A stretch of 36,828 bases of DNA, taken from NCBI RefSeq assembly GCF_000485595.1, contig NW_014577082.1, positions 123,376 through 160,203 of the forward strand, given 5' to 3'. Positions 23,199-35,970 of this stretch are shown here, piece by piece; the first letter of the stretch is position 1; each line of letters begins with the position of its first letter. This DNA comes from Priapulus caudatus (taxonomy: Eukaryota). The position numbers and the translations under genes are program-made. Below the pieces are notes generated by a model, which had not been told where the DNA came from, searched no databases, and saw nothing but the letters and a program-made list of their open reading frames with translations.

Positions 23199-23943
23199 TT
23201 ACCCTACATCTGTATAGTATCTTATTGAAAGGTTTACTCTCAAGTTCGTCTGGAAATTAACCAGAGGAGAAACTAGGAAGAGGGTTTTTGCTGTTTACTA
23301 TCTTTACGTTTTACCATGCAGATCTGATATGCTATCATTGTTTGTTGGTTTAATCCTTTTTTTACGGTACATCGTGACGGCCACCAGTGACGAGATACTG
23401 TATCAATACTAGATGACAGCACTGCTAAACGGCCAATATTGGTTGTTGATTCTTGGCACATGACATGCATTACTCTAATTATAATACGGTATTTTTCGCA
23501 ATTATACTATGCCGCTTACTAGCTGCTCACTGTGACATTTCACTGTGTCTTTTATATGACGATCGTGGGAGCTGTATTTCGATATAGGGCCAATTCAAAT
23601 GATGTCATTAATTAAGTGGAACTTTCGCAAATTAAACGTGCCATCACTCATAACGCGATATTACCACCACCTTGGACTGACCTTATCGACATAGGTGCGC
23701 GTGTGTATTCGCAATGTTTCTGTAGGCAGAACGCGTCTCTGCGGGAGCGCTGAAGTAATTAATATGCTAATAATTCGTAGGCCCACTCAGTGGCACTCAC
23801 CAACAGAATTGATATGCAGCGGCAGTCACTGCCTTCTGCGATGCTTATGGGAAACCTTACTCACGGTAACGCAGCGCACGAAAGCGCAGCGGCAGCGTAG
23901 CAACGAAATCGTGCGCGTGGCGATATAGCATTGTTATTTGTAT

Positions 23944-23983
23944 CAAGAGCGTATAAAGATTAAACCGTCTTTATACGCTCTTG
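23944..23983. mobile_element. 40-bp minimal TIR element (possibly P-superfamily-like termini)
   Basis: Perfect 16-bp inverted repeat CAAGAGCGTATAAAGA with an 8-nt spacer. The same terminus TCTTTATACGCTCTTG occurs at 16466-16481. Confidence 0.6.
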
Positions 23984-23989
23984 ATTGTA

Positions 23990-24132
23990 TACATCCCCCC
24001 ATATGGCGAATTCCTCCCCCCCCCCCCTACACTGCGCGTGGTCAAATCTGAGTCACAGTTGTAACGCGTCCTGCTGGACATACCCATGCCCATGCGCGAT
24101 GCAGGAGGGGCATTTTTCATAGGGGGGATGTA
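23990..24132. mobile_element. TA-flanked MITE of about 143 bp
   Basis: ta|TACATCCCCCC...GGGGGGATGTA|ta. A diverged relative lies in opposite orientation at about 33755-33900. Confidence 0.72.
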
Positions 24133-25280
24133 TACCAAGCTGGAGCGGCTTCGGAGTATCTAATCGTATATCTCTTCTCCGTAAAGGGATGTACCGCATG
24201 TACCGATGATCGCGTAATTATCACTGGCGCTGCCTTCGGGGGTAGTAGTAGTAGCGGCGGGTGGGCTCGTGGCGTAGAGAAGCGGTGCGTGATGCATCGT
24301 AAGTGCGGTATTAGTCGGTATTAGTCGGTATTGCCATTCGAGTAGTCAACTTGCGCGCTCATTTGTATCGTTAAGCTTTTGGTTATCTCGGCGCACACAT
24401 GGTATTATCCATGCGGTGACATATATATATATTTGGGTACTCACTACTGTACCGTGTAGGAAAGCGCACGCTCCCTAGCCGCCCCAAATAAGCAATCACC
24501 ATAAAACAACACATCTCATCGCTCCAAGTGATAAATAATAATAGAACGCCGCAGGTAATCACTATACACCACGCCCTTTAGCATCCGAGAACACTAATCA
24601 CTCTAGGGCAGATCTGCGATGGTTGGTCCTCAGGTATACGGAACTCGGCTCTCATCCCTTCCGCAACACGGTCCAGGTTTCCCCCCGCTCCTGATTCTAT
24701 TCCTTCTATACTCTTCCTTATACCTCCTTCCACTCCTACCTTCTACCTTCCACCTTCACCCCTGCTGAGCTACTTCGCGATCCACGTCTCACGGTACGAG
24801 GTTACTGATATTCGGTTACGATTCTGTGTGTATGTAGTCATCTATGTAGTATCATGTGGTGACATGGTGTCGCTGCACACGGTGACACTGCTATTGTGAC
24901 ATGGCTGTCCACTGTAAAATAGTGTCGTTGTTCGACATGATTCTGCTCTGTGACCTACACTTAACATCGTACAATATGTGACATTGTGACTGTGCCGCCG
25001 TGTGAACGTCAGTGCACCTGTGCACTGTTAGACCGCACAGCTCCATTCTCCGCCATTCACTCTGCTCAGTGACATTTGGATGTACACAAACTGCACTCTC
25101 TGCGGTATTTCTGACTGACTACAGCTGAATACGATATACGAATAAGCTTTGTACCGTCCGTGTTGTTTATAGCCGCGAATAGCACGTGAGTTCACCGCGC
25201 GCGCGTGCGTGTGTGTGTGTGCGTGCGTTTGCGTGTGCGTGCGTGCGTGCGTGTGTGTGCGTATACTATGTAGAATCGTG

Positions 25281-26189
25281 GTAACGACACTGATCAGTGT
25301 TTATACATGTACACTACGTCGCGCGAAATACTGTAGTCGAATCAATTCGATAAATTTGTGAGTCAACTGATTCATTCTAGATATTCTGCCGAGCCGCATA
25401 TCCAGAATTGCAGTAGGCACGTTACCGCCGTGGCATTTCAATGCTGCGGTCGTGAATTGCTCTTCTGATTTATCTCGTTCTGTAATGTGCTTTCGCTGTT
25501 TGTTTGCGAGAAAGTTCTGCGTAATAAATAATAATATATGTTAATACCCTGTGGTGAATTACGTACAATGCGAGTCTTGTGTTCAGGGGACATGTTCAAA
25601 AATAATTACACGCACAACACTTCGATACGCTTCTTCATTTATGTTGATTACCTAGTAGTTCACATTGTAGAATGCCAAAGAAATTAGAAGCCAAATATTT
25701 TAGAAAGTCCCAACCCATACTCTGTGCATGTGTGCTGTGAGGTGGCGGCACACCTACCCGCCTCTATATACAGAGGACTAAAGCCCGGCGCACATTGCCG
25801 AACATTTTACTCAAAAACATTATCGTAGCAATGTTCCATGAAATGTTCGGCAATGTGCGGTGAAAAAAGTCGCCGAACACTTGTTCCGAACAATGTTTCT
25901 GAAGATCGGAAATGTTTGATATCTTGAACATTGTTCGTCGAATGTTCGTCAATGTGCGCTGAATGTCGAACAATTCTAGGAACATTTGTAAAGTAGTAAC
26001 CAATAGCAGCACGATATGTGGTCACATGATTTTTGTGTACAATATGGTGTCTGCTATATCGCTGCCAGAAGTGTGGACTTTTGAAAAGAAAGAGATTATG
26101 GTCGAAATGTGGGGGCAGCAGCCCTGTCTAAAATTAGTAAAGTTGTTAAAATTCTCTTGTGCAAACTGGGCATCGCCATTCACGCCGAT
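25281..26189 (-). repeat. Inverted copy of about 9571-10493
   Basis: Colinear reverse-complement match up to the N gap. Confidence 0.92.
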
Positions 26190-26717
26190 NNNNNNNNNNN
26201 NNNNNNNNNNNNNNNNNNNNNNNNNNNNNNNNNNNNNNNNNNNNNNNNNNNNNNNNNNNNNNNNNNNNNNNNNNNNNNNNNNNNNNNNNNNNNNNNNNNN
26301 NNNNNNNNNNNNNNNNNNNNNNNNNNNNNNNNNNNNNNNNNNNNNNNNNNNNNNNNNNNNNNNNNNNNNNNNNNNNNNNNNNNNNNNNNNNNNNNNNNNN
26401 NNNNNNNNNNNNNNNNNNNNNNNNNNNNNNNNNNNNNNNNNNNNNNNNNNNNNNNNNNNNNNNNNNNNNNNNNNNNNNNNNNNNNNNNNNNNNNNNNNNN
26501 NNNNNNNNNNNNNNNNNNNNNNNNNNNNNNNNNNNNNNNNNNNNNNNNNNNNNNNNNNNNNNNNNNNNNNNNNNNNNNNNNNNNNNNNNNNNNNNNNNNN
26601 NNNNNNNNNNNNNNNNNNNNNNNNNNNNNNNNNNNNNNNNNNNNNNNNNNNNNNNNNNNNNNNNNNNNNNNNNNNNNNNNNNNNNNNNNNNNNNNNNNNN
26701 NNNNNNNNNNNNNNNNN
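26190..26717. other. Assembly gap (528 N); 25-N gaps also at 13282-13306 and 29372-29396
   Basis: N runs. Confidence 0.99.
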
Positions 26718-27870
26718 TGTAATTCATGTTTAAGTCGGCTTATGTGATTAGTTAGATATGTACTTAAATCGCGTCGTGAAACAGATTTTTAAGTATGATT
26801 AACTAATCATAATTACAGGAGGTTAAGTATGATTAGTGATTTAATCATAATTAAAGTTAATCACGCTTCGTGAAACCGGCCCCTGATTTAGACCGAGCAG
26901 TTGTTATAGCCGAATAAGAATACTAACAGGTGACACGGAATACACATGAAAAGCTACAGCCGGCGTATAATCGAATCTCGGTATCCAATTCTAGCCATTC
27001 AGCCATTTTCTAGTCTAGAGCCCTAACTAGTCCATTATTTATATGTTCCGCTCATTCCCGTCCACTCTTCTCCACTGTTCTCACCCATCACTTCATTAAC
27101 ACCATCTCTCCTCGGTAACACATTTCCCTCTTCTCTAATACCATTAACACTTCCTTATCCTCAGCCCTTCTCCACCTGCTCTACTGTGTATAATCATAAG
27201 TACAATAGAACCCTACTGTAACGCGCCCACAATAACGCGATGTATTGGCTCATTTTCTGGCATTTATCTCCCTTTCTCACAAACAGACTAGTATTCCTGA
27301 CGAACAGGCATTTTGTGCGATCGAATTGATTTGATCCCCAATTATCTCGCCGTAGGCCTACCGTTATAAATGATTCACTTATATGTACTGTCGTCTATTA
27401 GGTGGTTCTTCCCTGTGTGGTGACAACTTATTGTTGCGCTTCCTTGAAATCTTTATGCAGTGCGCTTTCTTTACGTTCAACCCGGGATTTTTGCTCATTA
27501 CTTAGCTCGGCATCTGGACGGCACATATATACGTGCAGTTATTTCAGAATAGAGATTTGCGTTGAAATAATTCTGCATATAATTAATACCATTTATACCC
27601 CCAGGTGATTACGATGCAAAACAATAGTCCTGTATACATTTTAAGGGAATGAGATGCATTCTGTTATATATTCTATTCATAAACCAGTTGCGCTATGCTG
27701 GAATCGTTGTTAAAGAATCCACCTATAGAACCGTACACCAACGCGCGCGTGCACTGGCATACGCACGCGAACGCACCCACGCACGCGAACGCAAGCACGC
27801 ACACGCACACGCGCGCGCACAGGCGCGCGTAATATAATAATATTGTTCCCCTGTGTGCATTCTGTTCGCT
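26718..27870 (-). repeat. Inverted copy of about 10619-11750, including the Harbinger end at 26718-26882
   Basis: Colinear reverse-complement match from the N gap to the TATC repeat. Confidence 0.92.
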
Positions 27871-27873
<3 letters not shown>

Positions 27874-27967
<94 letters not shown>

Positions 27968-28045
27968 CTTATCTATCTATCTATCTATCTATTCTATCTA
28001 TCCTATCTATCCTATTTATCTATCTATCTATCTTCCTATCTATCC
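27874..28045. repeat. (TATC)n microsatellite
   Basis: Directly visible. Confidence 0.97.
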
Positions 28046-28471
28046 CCATGTGAACATTACTAGAATTCACGTGTGCGCCGCGTGCAGTGTTTTGCACTAT
28101 ATTTTTTGAACAACGCATTTTTTACTATCTATTCTATGAAGCAGCGGGTAAGAGGAATAAAGGTTGTGCTTAATTAATCGCGCATCCTGTGCAGATCAAT
28201 CAGTTGGGAATTCGTTTTGCTATGCTGACGTCAACGCATTTCACACGCAGTTGCTGCCATAGCCACCGTATATACTCTAGAGCACATTAACTGTAAGTAT
28301 AATACATGCGCTCTTGATATTGTATCTCTGAGCGCCACTTTCGCTGTGCTAATTTAGCTGTGTACCTAGTGGGCTAGCCACTTAATTCTGTCTCATACTA
28401 ATGGCTTATGGCCGTACAATTTAAGTAAGTGTGTAGTTCTGTGCGGAATTTCAAAATGTTAGAAGTTGAAG

Positions 28472-28502
<31 letters not shown>

Positions 28503-29069
28503 GTGTTTCTCTGTGTGCGTGCATGTGTGCGCGTTCGCGTGTGCGTGCGCGTGTACATACACGTCAGCCCTTTACAAATACGTGTGATGTTGTCAGTGAC
28601 GTACACGTCACAGCTGGCTGTGGTCTATTATTCCTACATCGTGCGCGCTCACATAATATCTATATTTATAACGACGTGGACACTCATTAGCATCGAATCT
28701 TTCACACACAGAAGCCTGTCTAGCATGTAGACCACCTGGGAAGTAAAGAAATAATCGCACACAAAAGCGAGTATAGGGGGGCTACGTGCGCTGAATCGCG
28801 ACCCGCCGTGTGGATATCGATTAGTTTTGGAAAGCAGTTGAGCGCTGTCTGTCATGGATGGAGACGAGAAAAGAAATTCCTATTTTTATGTGATTAATTA
28901 GACTGAGTAAAGATTCATTGATCACCCGCTCCCTTCCTTCCTCCCACACACTTGCCGGTCACTGCATACCCCCCCCCCTGTAGGGCTGTCGCGCCACTCA
29001 ACTCCTGGTGGACACCACTACCATCCGTGCGTCCATTATCGTCCTCCCAGCCCACGGTACCCATATCTC

Positions 29070-29371
29070 CGGGATGGGTGGATGGCGGGAGTGGTGGATG
29101 GCAGAATGGTGATATCACTGGATGGAGAGATGGCAGATTGGTGATGTCACGGGATGGGTGGATGGCAGAATGGTGATATCACTGGATGGAGAGATGGCAG
29201 ATTGGTGATGTCACGGGATGGGTGGATGGCAGAATGGTGATATCACTGGATGGAGAGATGGCAGATTGGTGATGTCACGGGATGGGTAAATGGCAGATGG
29301 TGATATGACTGGATGGAGAGATGGCAGATTGGTGATGTCACAGGATGCAATGGTAGATGGTGATATGACTG
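29070..29371. repeat. 64-bp minisatellite built from two related 32-bp subunits, running into a gap
   Basis: gcagaatggtgatatcactgg recurs at 29101, 29165 and 29229, alternating with gcagattggtgatgtcacggg. Confidence 0.93.
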
Positions 29372-29721
29372 NNNNNNNNNNNNNNNNNNNNNNNNNAGTT
29401 GTTGTTGAGAGAGGATGAGAAATTTATTATTTAGAAAACGTTTTGTTGATGATATGAAAGTTAATTGCATATAAAACGATTTGTATTTAACTGCGCGAAT
29501 TGGCCCGTAATACCGACAGAGGCCAGATTCGTCATACCGATAGCTGGCTGCTTATATACTGTGCGACTGAAGCGTTTCATTGCGGATGCGATCTCAATGC
29601 ATAATCGCTTTCTCGCTCGACAGTCTAGCATGTAACATTCCTAGCCTATTGCGCGGATGAAATCGATAGAATTTCTGCTATTTAGATTTCGCACTGCGAT
29701 GCGCGTGACTTCGCGATGCGT

Positions 29722-29783
29722 GGAGAGCGAGAGTGAGAGAGAGAGAGAGGAGAGAAGAGAGAGATGAGAAGTGAGAAGTGTGT

Positions 29784-29830
<47 letters not shown>

Positions 29831-29970
29831 GAGAGAAGCGAAGAGTGAGAGTGAGAGGAGAGTGAGAGTGAGATGTGAGAGTAGTGAGAGAGAGAGAGAG
29901 AGAGAGAAGAGAGGAGAGAGAGCGAGAGCGAGAGCAGACGAGCGAGAGAGAGAGAGAGAGGGGGGAGGGG
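29722..29970. repeat. (GA)n microsatellite
   Basis: Directly visible. Confidence 0.95.
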
Positions 29971-30720
29971 GTGATATTCTCCTAAAGTTGACCTTTTGGT
30001 AGTACTCCTTGTATCCAATACCTGTTATCATATTTATATTTCCAGCAAATGGATGCTGTTGTATAGCTGTATAAACTAGAGGGGAATCACCTGTACCTCT
30101 GTTATACCTTCAGTTACTTACACACCACAAACTGTTGCTTGTCTCCAACCTTTGTAAGACCTTTGGCGTAAGCATCGGCACTCAGTAAATGACAGTAATC
30201 AGTATAGGCCTATTTAAGTTATTTACTTTTTGGAACCCCATACAGTCCACTCAGGTTGGTTAACTCCTCTCTGAGTTTAGCTTTGTGCTTATTGGATGTT
30301 GTAAGGGGAAACTGTGAAAGAAAGGTAGGAGTGAATCTGAAGCTATGTGTGCGCATTCCACGGTTTGGTATGTAGTGAGTGTGTCTCTATATTAAAGCAG
30401 GTACGGGAGATTACGGTACGCATATATTTGCTAATATATTGACTAATTCGTGCGTCAATAAACTCATATTCACAGCGCGTATAGCTAAGACAGTGTTCTA
30501 TAAGGTATCAGAGAGTACATGATAAGATTGCGTGGCACACTTTGCTGTTTGATCCTAAGCGCTGCGCGCGGATTGAGACACGGTGAGATATGCGCACGCG
30601 ACCGCGGGGATGTTCACGTATGAAGCGGCTGTCCGCAGTCGAGACTGCGCCAAATTCGCAGGCCCGGCGCAACGTCTCCACAGCGGTCAGCCGGATGGTC
30701 TGTAGTTTTAGAAGATGACA

Positions 30721-31080
30721 ATGAATATATGTGACGATATTCTAGGAATTGGAGATTATAAACATAACAAAAATCGCCCAGTCATGCTCAGATTAGCTGA
30801 ATCAAAAAGATTAGAATTTAATATGAACAAAACAAATACAATGGTTATAAAAATTCACAAACAAAGAAAGGATAGAGAGGAGATATAATAGCAACCAAGT
30901 AATCAAAAAATGCACCAAATATTCATACCTTAGGGAGTTAATAATGATATAGGACTAGGAGGTTATAACCATATGATAAGAGTCCGAACTGAAAAATGTT
31001 GGTTCATGATGAGGAAATATTATCATGGAGCAGAAGAGCAAATTATGGAAATCATACTAAGAAGAGTGAAATTATATGAA
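30721..31080 (+). pseudogene. Non-LTR retrotransposon reverse transcriptase C-terminal fragment, copy 1
   Basis: Frameshifted Y-x-DDILGIG (catalytic motif, about 30725-30753), then ESKRLEFNMNKTNTM...IKKCTKYSYLG, matching the LINE RT pattern L-x-[IF]-N-x-x-K-T ... Y-x-YLG. Confidence 0.8.
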
Positions 31081-32452
31081 TGCACAGTTTTACCTTCCTT
31101 CCTAAATAACAGGAACATGAAATGATTGATTTCCAAAATGAGTGCCTGCGCAGATAAATAATCAAGCAGAAAGCGCAGAAAAATCTAGCGAAACGGCATT
31201 GAAAGACGATGGAAACTCCAAGGGAAAGATACGGAGAAATCAATAATAAAACATATAGTTTCTATATGTAAATCATCGTAAATACATTAAACGCATGATT
31301 TATTGAAAATCCCCATATTACTTAAAAGCATCCAAGAGATGGCGTTGTGGCATGTAAACATGGCCAGGGGGGTTTTGCTTAATTGTTCAATGAATGACGC
31401 ACTCGTTCACTTCCGACCGAGTGAAAATGCGGAAAATTTCCTCTTTGATGCGAAAATGCATCGCGCCGGGCATTTCATTATTTTACGAAAGTAAGTAGGC
31501 TGCGGAACGACGGTAGCGTACAAGAACTGGTAACGTTGGTCACGCCCATCATGTCCATCAAAGGCGGGGCTTATGTTTAAGGCGATAGTAGACTCAAGAT
31601 TTTACTGCATACAAATGTACTTCCTGTATAACAAATCGTCTAAACCCACACGTAATTTGTTACCAGATACCTAATTTAATTGTTATAATTAATTACACAT
31701 CAACGCTACGAAATTTGAACGGCCCATGGACACCCGCGACCGTGGCTTACAGACCTGAAAACCACCTGAAAAGTTGCGCATTTGCAATTTATTTGCCACG
31801 TTACAGACGAGGGCTAATCACAAAGGTGCAATAATTTATACTAAATGCATTTAACCGAACGATGTTCATTTTAGGACAAATTTATCCATAATATAACTGA
31901 AACTATATTCGTTTATAAGAAATTACAATCTTTTGCCTTTTAAATTAAGAAATAAAAAACACCCTCGGGCTGTAAGCCCTTGGCTGGAAAAGTGGTTTGC
32001 GCCAATTATCAGATCGTGCGCTTTGAGTGGCGCCACCGTCGTTGTAATTAAACTGTAGTCGTTAGTTTTAAAACATTTTTATATAATTTCTAATGGTGAA
32101 TTGAACTATGAACCTTTATGTAGCGTTTTGTAATTTCTAACCTAAATTAACTGAAAATAACCTAGAACTAGAGTAAACGATCCCTTTAAAGTAACCATTG
32201 CTGAGAGTTTTCCAGTGTTTCACCACTTTTCATGACACTACCGGTATTGCTGAGTAACAGCAATTTGTCTACGAGTAAACAATAAAATGTCTTAGAACCT
32301 TCGTATTCACCGAAAACTGCCAGTTTCGAACTAATCGTTTTTGTAAACATTCGTTTTCTGTCATCTTGAACTAACAGGAAGTATGGATTAGCTTGTGGCG
32401 CCACCGCTTATCTGCCATAGACATAGTACAGGCATGCACTTGTTTTCAATTC
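30797..32452 (+). repeat. Copy A of a direct duplication of about 1.66 kb
   Basis: ctgaatcaaaaagattag ... gcacttgttttcaattc is repeated at 34304-35970. The differences are mainly single-base indels. Confidence 0.95.
31581..32185. mobile_element. Kolobok-like element, copy 3
   Basis: TTAA at 31577-31580 and 32186-32189. Homologous to the reverse complement of 6628-7225. Confidence 0.8.
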
Positions 32453-32708
32453 ATCACCGACAATACAAGTTTACCAATTCTGCCATTAGGCATTATCGGC
32501 ATACGATAAAATTTATTGCTGTTACGATGTGGTCAAATCCATTTTCTATGCTATAACTGCATAAAATCGTAGTATTTTTAATGTTGGTGTAATCAGTGAT
32601 ATTTCCGCTGTCAGGTGAGACTATATTCAGCTTTATTTGGTTTTTCTGAGCAAAAATCTTGCAATAACCGTTTTAAGCGCGAAAAATAGCATTTTCACGA
32701 GTATAGTA

Positions 32709-33360
32709 GGGTAAACTGGGGTAAAAACGCCTACTTCACTTGTTTTCAGTGCTAGTAAAAAATGACAAGATGAATATATATATATGAATATGAATATGAT
32801 ATATATATATATGAATATGAATATATATATATATATATATATGGATTGTATGGATTATAAGTACAATGTATATAAATATTACTAATAAAAAGAATTAAAT
32901 TTATTAACATATTTTATAGGTGCTGTTGAAAAAAATGTGAAAAATAAAGTTAGAAAAATTGACCGTCAAAGGTTTAGCCTATATCACTTAAAATTATTTT
33001 ATTTTAAAACAGGGTTTATTATTTTTTAGTTGATATATATTAAGAACGTTTAGTTAATTACATAATTATGAATGATTAAAATATTAAGATCAATTTTAAT
33101 ATTTGCTTAATGTTTTTTTGAGTGGGCGTTTTTACCTCTGTCAAAATCAAGGGCATCGGGGTAAAAACGCCCAGTAGCATCTTTAACACCGAACTCTATT
33201 TCAGCCTCAATTATCTTCAAAAACCTCAATATTAGAACTTTAAAGGACAATTGAAGTCAAATTTCTGTAACGTTTTTTATATTTTTGTACAATGAACGCA
33301 AATATTTACACGATTTATTTACAACAATTTAATAACAACAAATAATTTTTTTTTTAATAG
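32709..33360. mobile_element. Probable end fragment of an AT-rich DNA transposon
   Basis: ta|GGGTAAACTGGGGTAAAAACGCC, with the motif GGTAAAAACGCC repeated in both orientations near 33126 and 33160. No matching distal end found. Confidence 0.4.
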
Positions 33361-33754
33361 GGTTAGAGTTAGGAGCACAATGCACCATAAAACAGGAGTT
33401 TCAGGCACGCGATTTGTATCAACCAATGGGATTTTGGAGGTATACAGAATGCAGAAGGTTGCTGAAATGATGTGTACGCAACTGCGTATCTGCATATCTG
33501 CGCCTAACAAAGGTGTCACTACGCACGACTTAAATGTTACGTTTATAACCGTAGCAACAGACCTTAGATGAGCCCAGACGCTCTGCGGCTCTTGTTCCTT
33601 GATACGAGCAAATGATAATTTCCGACTCGGGGTCTTACGGCACAGGATACGGCGCATGCCATCGTGCGGGTAAAGTGTTTGCTGTCTTTTTCACTATGCG
33701 CTATTCTACCGTTTCACTCACGCGCGGATCGGAGGCCGGTGTAGCATGTAACTG

Positions 33755-33900
33755 ACATCCCACTGTGACGAACGCCCCCCCCCCCTTTATACGCATGGGC
33801 GTGTCTAGCAGGGCGCATTACGCATGAGCATGGGGATTTGACGTTGATTTCCCATGCGCAATATATGAGGGGGGGGGGCATTTGCTATAGAGATGATGTA
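33755..33900. mobile_element. Diverged inverted copy of the 23990 MITE family
   Basis: catgggcgtgtctagcagggcgcattac matches the reverse complement of 24061-24087, with C-run and G-run subtermini. Confidence 0.6.
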
Positions 33901-34303
33901 TATCTTGCTACACGGGAGTCGCCTGAAGTCAAGCGGTGATGCTCCATAAAGAATGTAATGCGACTGTATATATAGGCAGATACGATTTTATCAGCCAGCG
34001 TTATTAGACGAGCGATTTTAGAGAATGTGTTAGTTATCCTGCCCGCACTTCTGCATTTTTCTTCATCAAACGTTGACAGTTTTCTACGCATGTAACCGCG
34101 CACGATGTTGAAATGCGCGGAGTTGGGCGTGGGAGGCGTGGAAGAAAACCGCCTGCCTTTATAGTCGAAATTGTTCGTAAACGTTTAGTTATAATCGCGT
34201 GTAATGGCCCTGTCACACATTGACGATTTAGACAGCGTATGCCGGACGTATCAAAATCTCTCTAAAACGCTGGCATACGCTGAACTATCGATGTTTTTTT
34301 CAT

Positions 34304-34590
34304 CTGAATCAAAAAGATTAGAATTTAATATGAACAAAACAAATACAATGGTTATAAAATTCACAAACAAAGAAAGGATAGAGAAGGAGATACTAATAGG
34401 CAACCAAGTAATCAAAAAATGCACCAAATATTCATACCTAGGGGAGTTAATTAATGATATAGGACTAGGAGGTTATAACCATATGATAAGAGTCCGAACT
34501 GAAAAATGTTGGTTCATGATGAGGGAAATATTATCATGGGCAGAAGAGCAAAATTATGGAAATCATACTAAGCAAGAGTGAAATTATATG
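34304..34590 (+). pseudogene. Non-LTR RT fragment, copy 2 (lacks the DD motif)
   Basis: ORF 34204-34581 includes ESKRLEFNMNKTNTMVIK...ILIGNQVIKKCTKYSYLGELIND. Confidence 0.8.
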
Positions 34591-35097
34591 AATGCACAGT
34601 TTTACCTTCCTTCCTAAATAACAGTGAAACATGTGATTGATTTCCAAAATGAGTGCCTGCGCAGAATAATAATCACGCAGAAAGCGCAGAAAAATCTAGC
34701 GAAAGGCATTGAAAGACGATGAAAACTCCAAGGAAAGATACGGAGAAATCAATAATAATAACATATAGTTTCTATATGTAAATCATCGTAAATACATTAA
34801 AAACGCATGATTTTATTGAAAATCCCCATATTTACTTATAAAGCATCCAAGAGATGGCGTTGTGGCATGTAAACATTGGCCAGGGGGGTTTTGCTTAATT
34901 GTTCAATGAATGACGCACTCGTTCACTTCCGACAGCGAGTGAAAATGCGGAAAATTTCCTCTTTGATGCGAAATGCATCGGCCGGGCATTTCATTATTTA
35001 CGAAAAGTAAGTAGGCTGGGGAACGACGGTAGGTACAAGAACTGGTAACGTTGGTCACGCCCCATTCATGTCCATCAAAGGCGGGGCTTATGTTTAA

Positions 35098-35708
35098 AGG
35101 GATAGTAGACTCAAGGATTTTACTGCATACAAATGTACTTCCTGTATAACAAATCGTCTAAACCCACACGTATTTGTTACCAGATACCTAATTTAATTGT
35201 TATAATTAATTACACATCAACGCTACGAAATTTGAACGGCGCCATGACACCCGCGACCGTGGCTTACAGACCTGAAAACCACCCTGAAAAAGTTGCGCAT
35301 TTGCCAATTTATTTTGCACGTTACAGACCGAGGGCTAATCACAAAGGTGCATATATATTTATACTAAATGCTATTTAACCGAACGATGTTCATTTTAGGA
35401 CAAATTTATCCATAATATAACTGAAACTATATGTCGTTTATAAGATATTACAATCCTTTTGCTTTTAAATTAAGAAATAAAAAACACCCTCGGTCTGTAA
35501 GCCCTTGGCTGAAAAGTGGTTTTGCGCAACTTATCAGATCGTGCGCTTTGAGTGGCGCCACCGTCGTTGTAATTAAACTGTAGTCGTTAGTTTTAAAACA
35601 TTTTTAATAATATTTCTAATGGTGATTGAACTATGAACCTTTTTATGTAGCGTAATTTTAACCTAAATTAACTGAAAATAACCCTAGAACCTAGAGTAAA
35701 CGATCCCT
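35098..35708. mobile_element. Kolobok-like element, copy 4
   Basis: ttaa|AGGGATAGTAGACTCAAGG ... CCTAGAGTAAACGATCCCT|ttaa. Confidence 0.85.
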
Positions 35709-35970
35709 TTAAAGTAACCATTGCGAGAGTTTTCCAGTGTTTTCACCACTTTCATGACACCTACCGGTATTGCTTGAGTAACAGCAATTGTCTAGAGTAA
35801 CAATAAAATGTCTTAGAACCTTCGTATTCACCGAAAACTGCCAGTTTCGAACTAATCGTTTTTGTAAACATTCGTTTTCTGTCATCTTGAACTAACAGGA
35901 AGTATGGATTAGCTTGTGGCCACCACTTATCTGCCATAAACATGTACAGGCATGCACTTGTTTTCAATTC

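Larger units (their letters stand above)
34304..35970 (+). repeat. Copy B of the 1.66-kb direct duplication
   Basis: Colinear with 30797-32452. Confidence 0.95.

Noticed and set aside
25963..26747. ORFs of 187-256 aa
   Set aside because: They are open only because they span the N gap.
27843..28109. ORFs with LSIY repeats
   Set aside because: Translation of (TATC)n.
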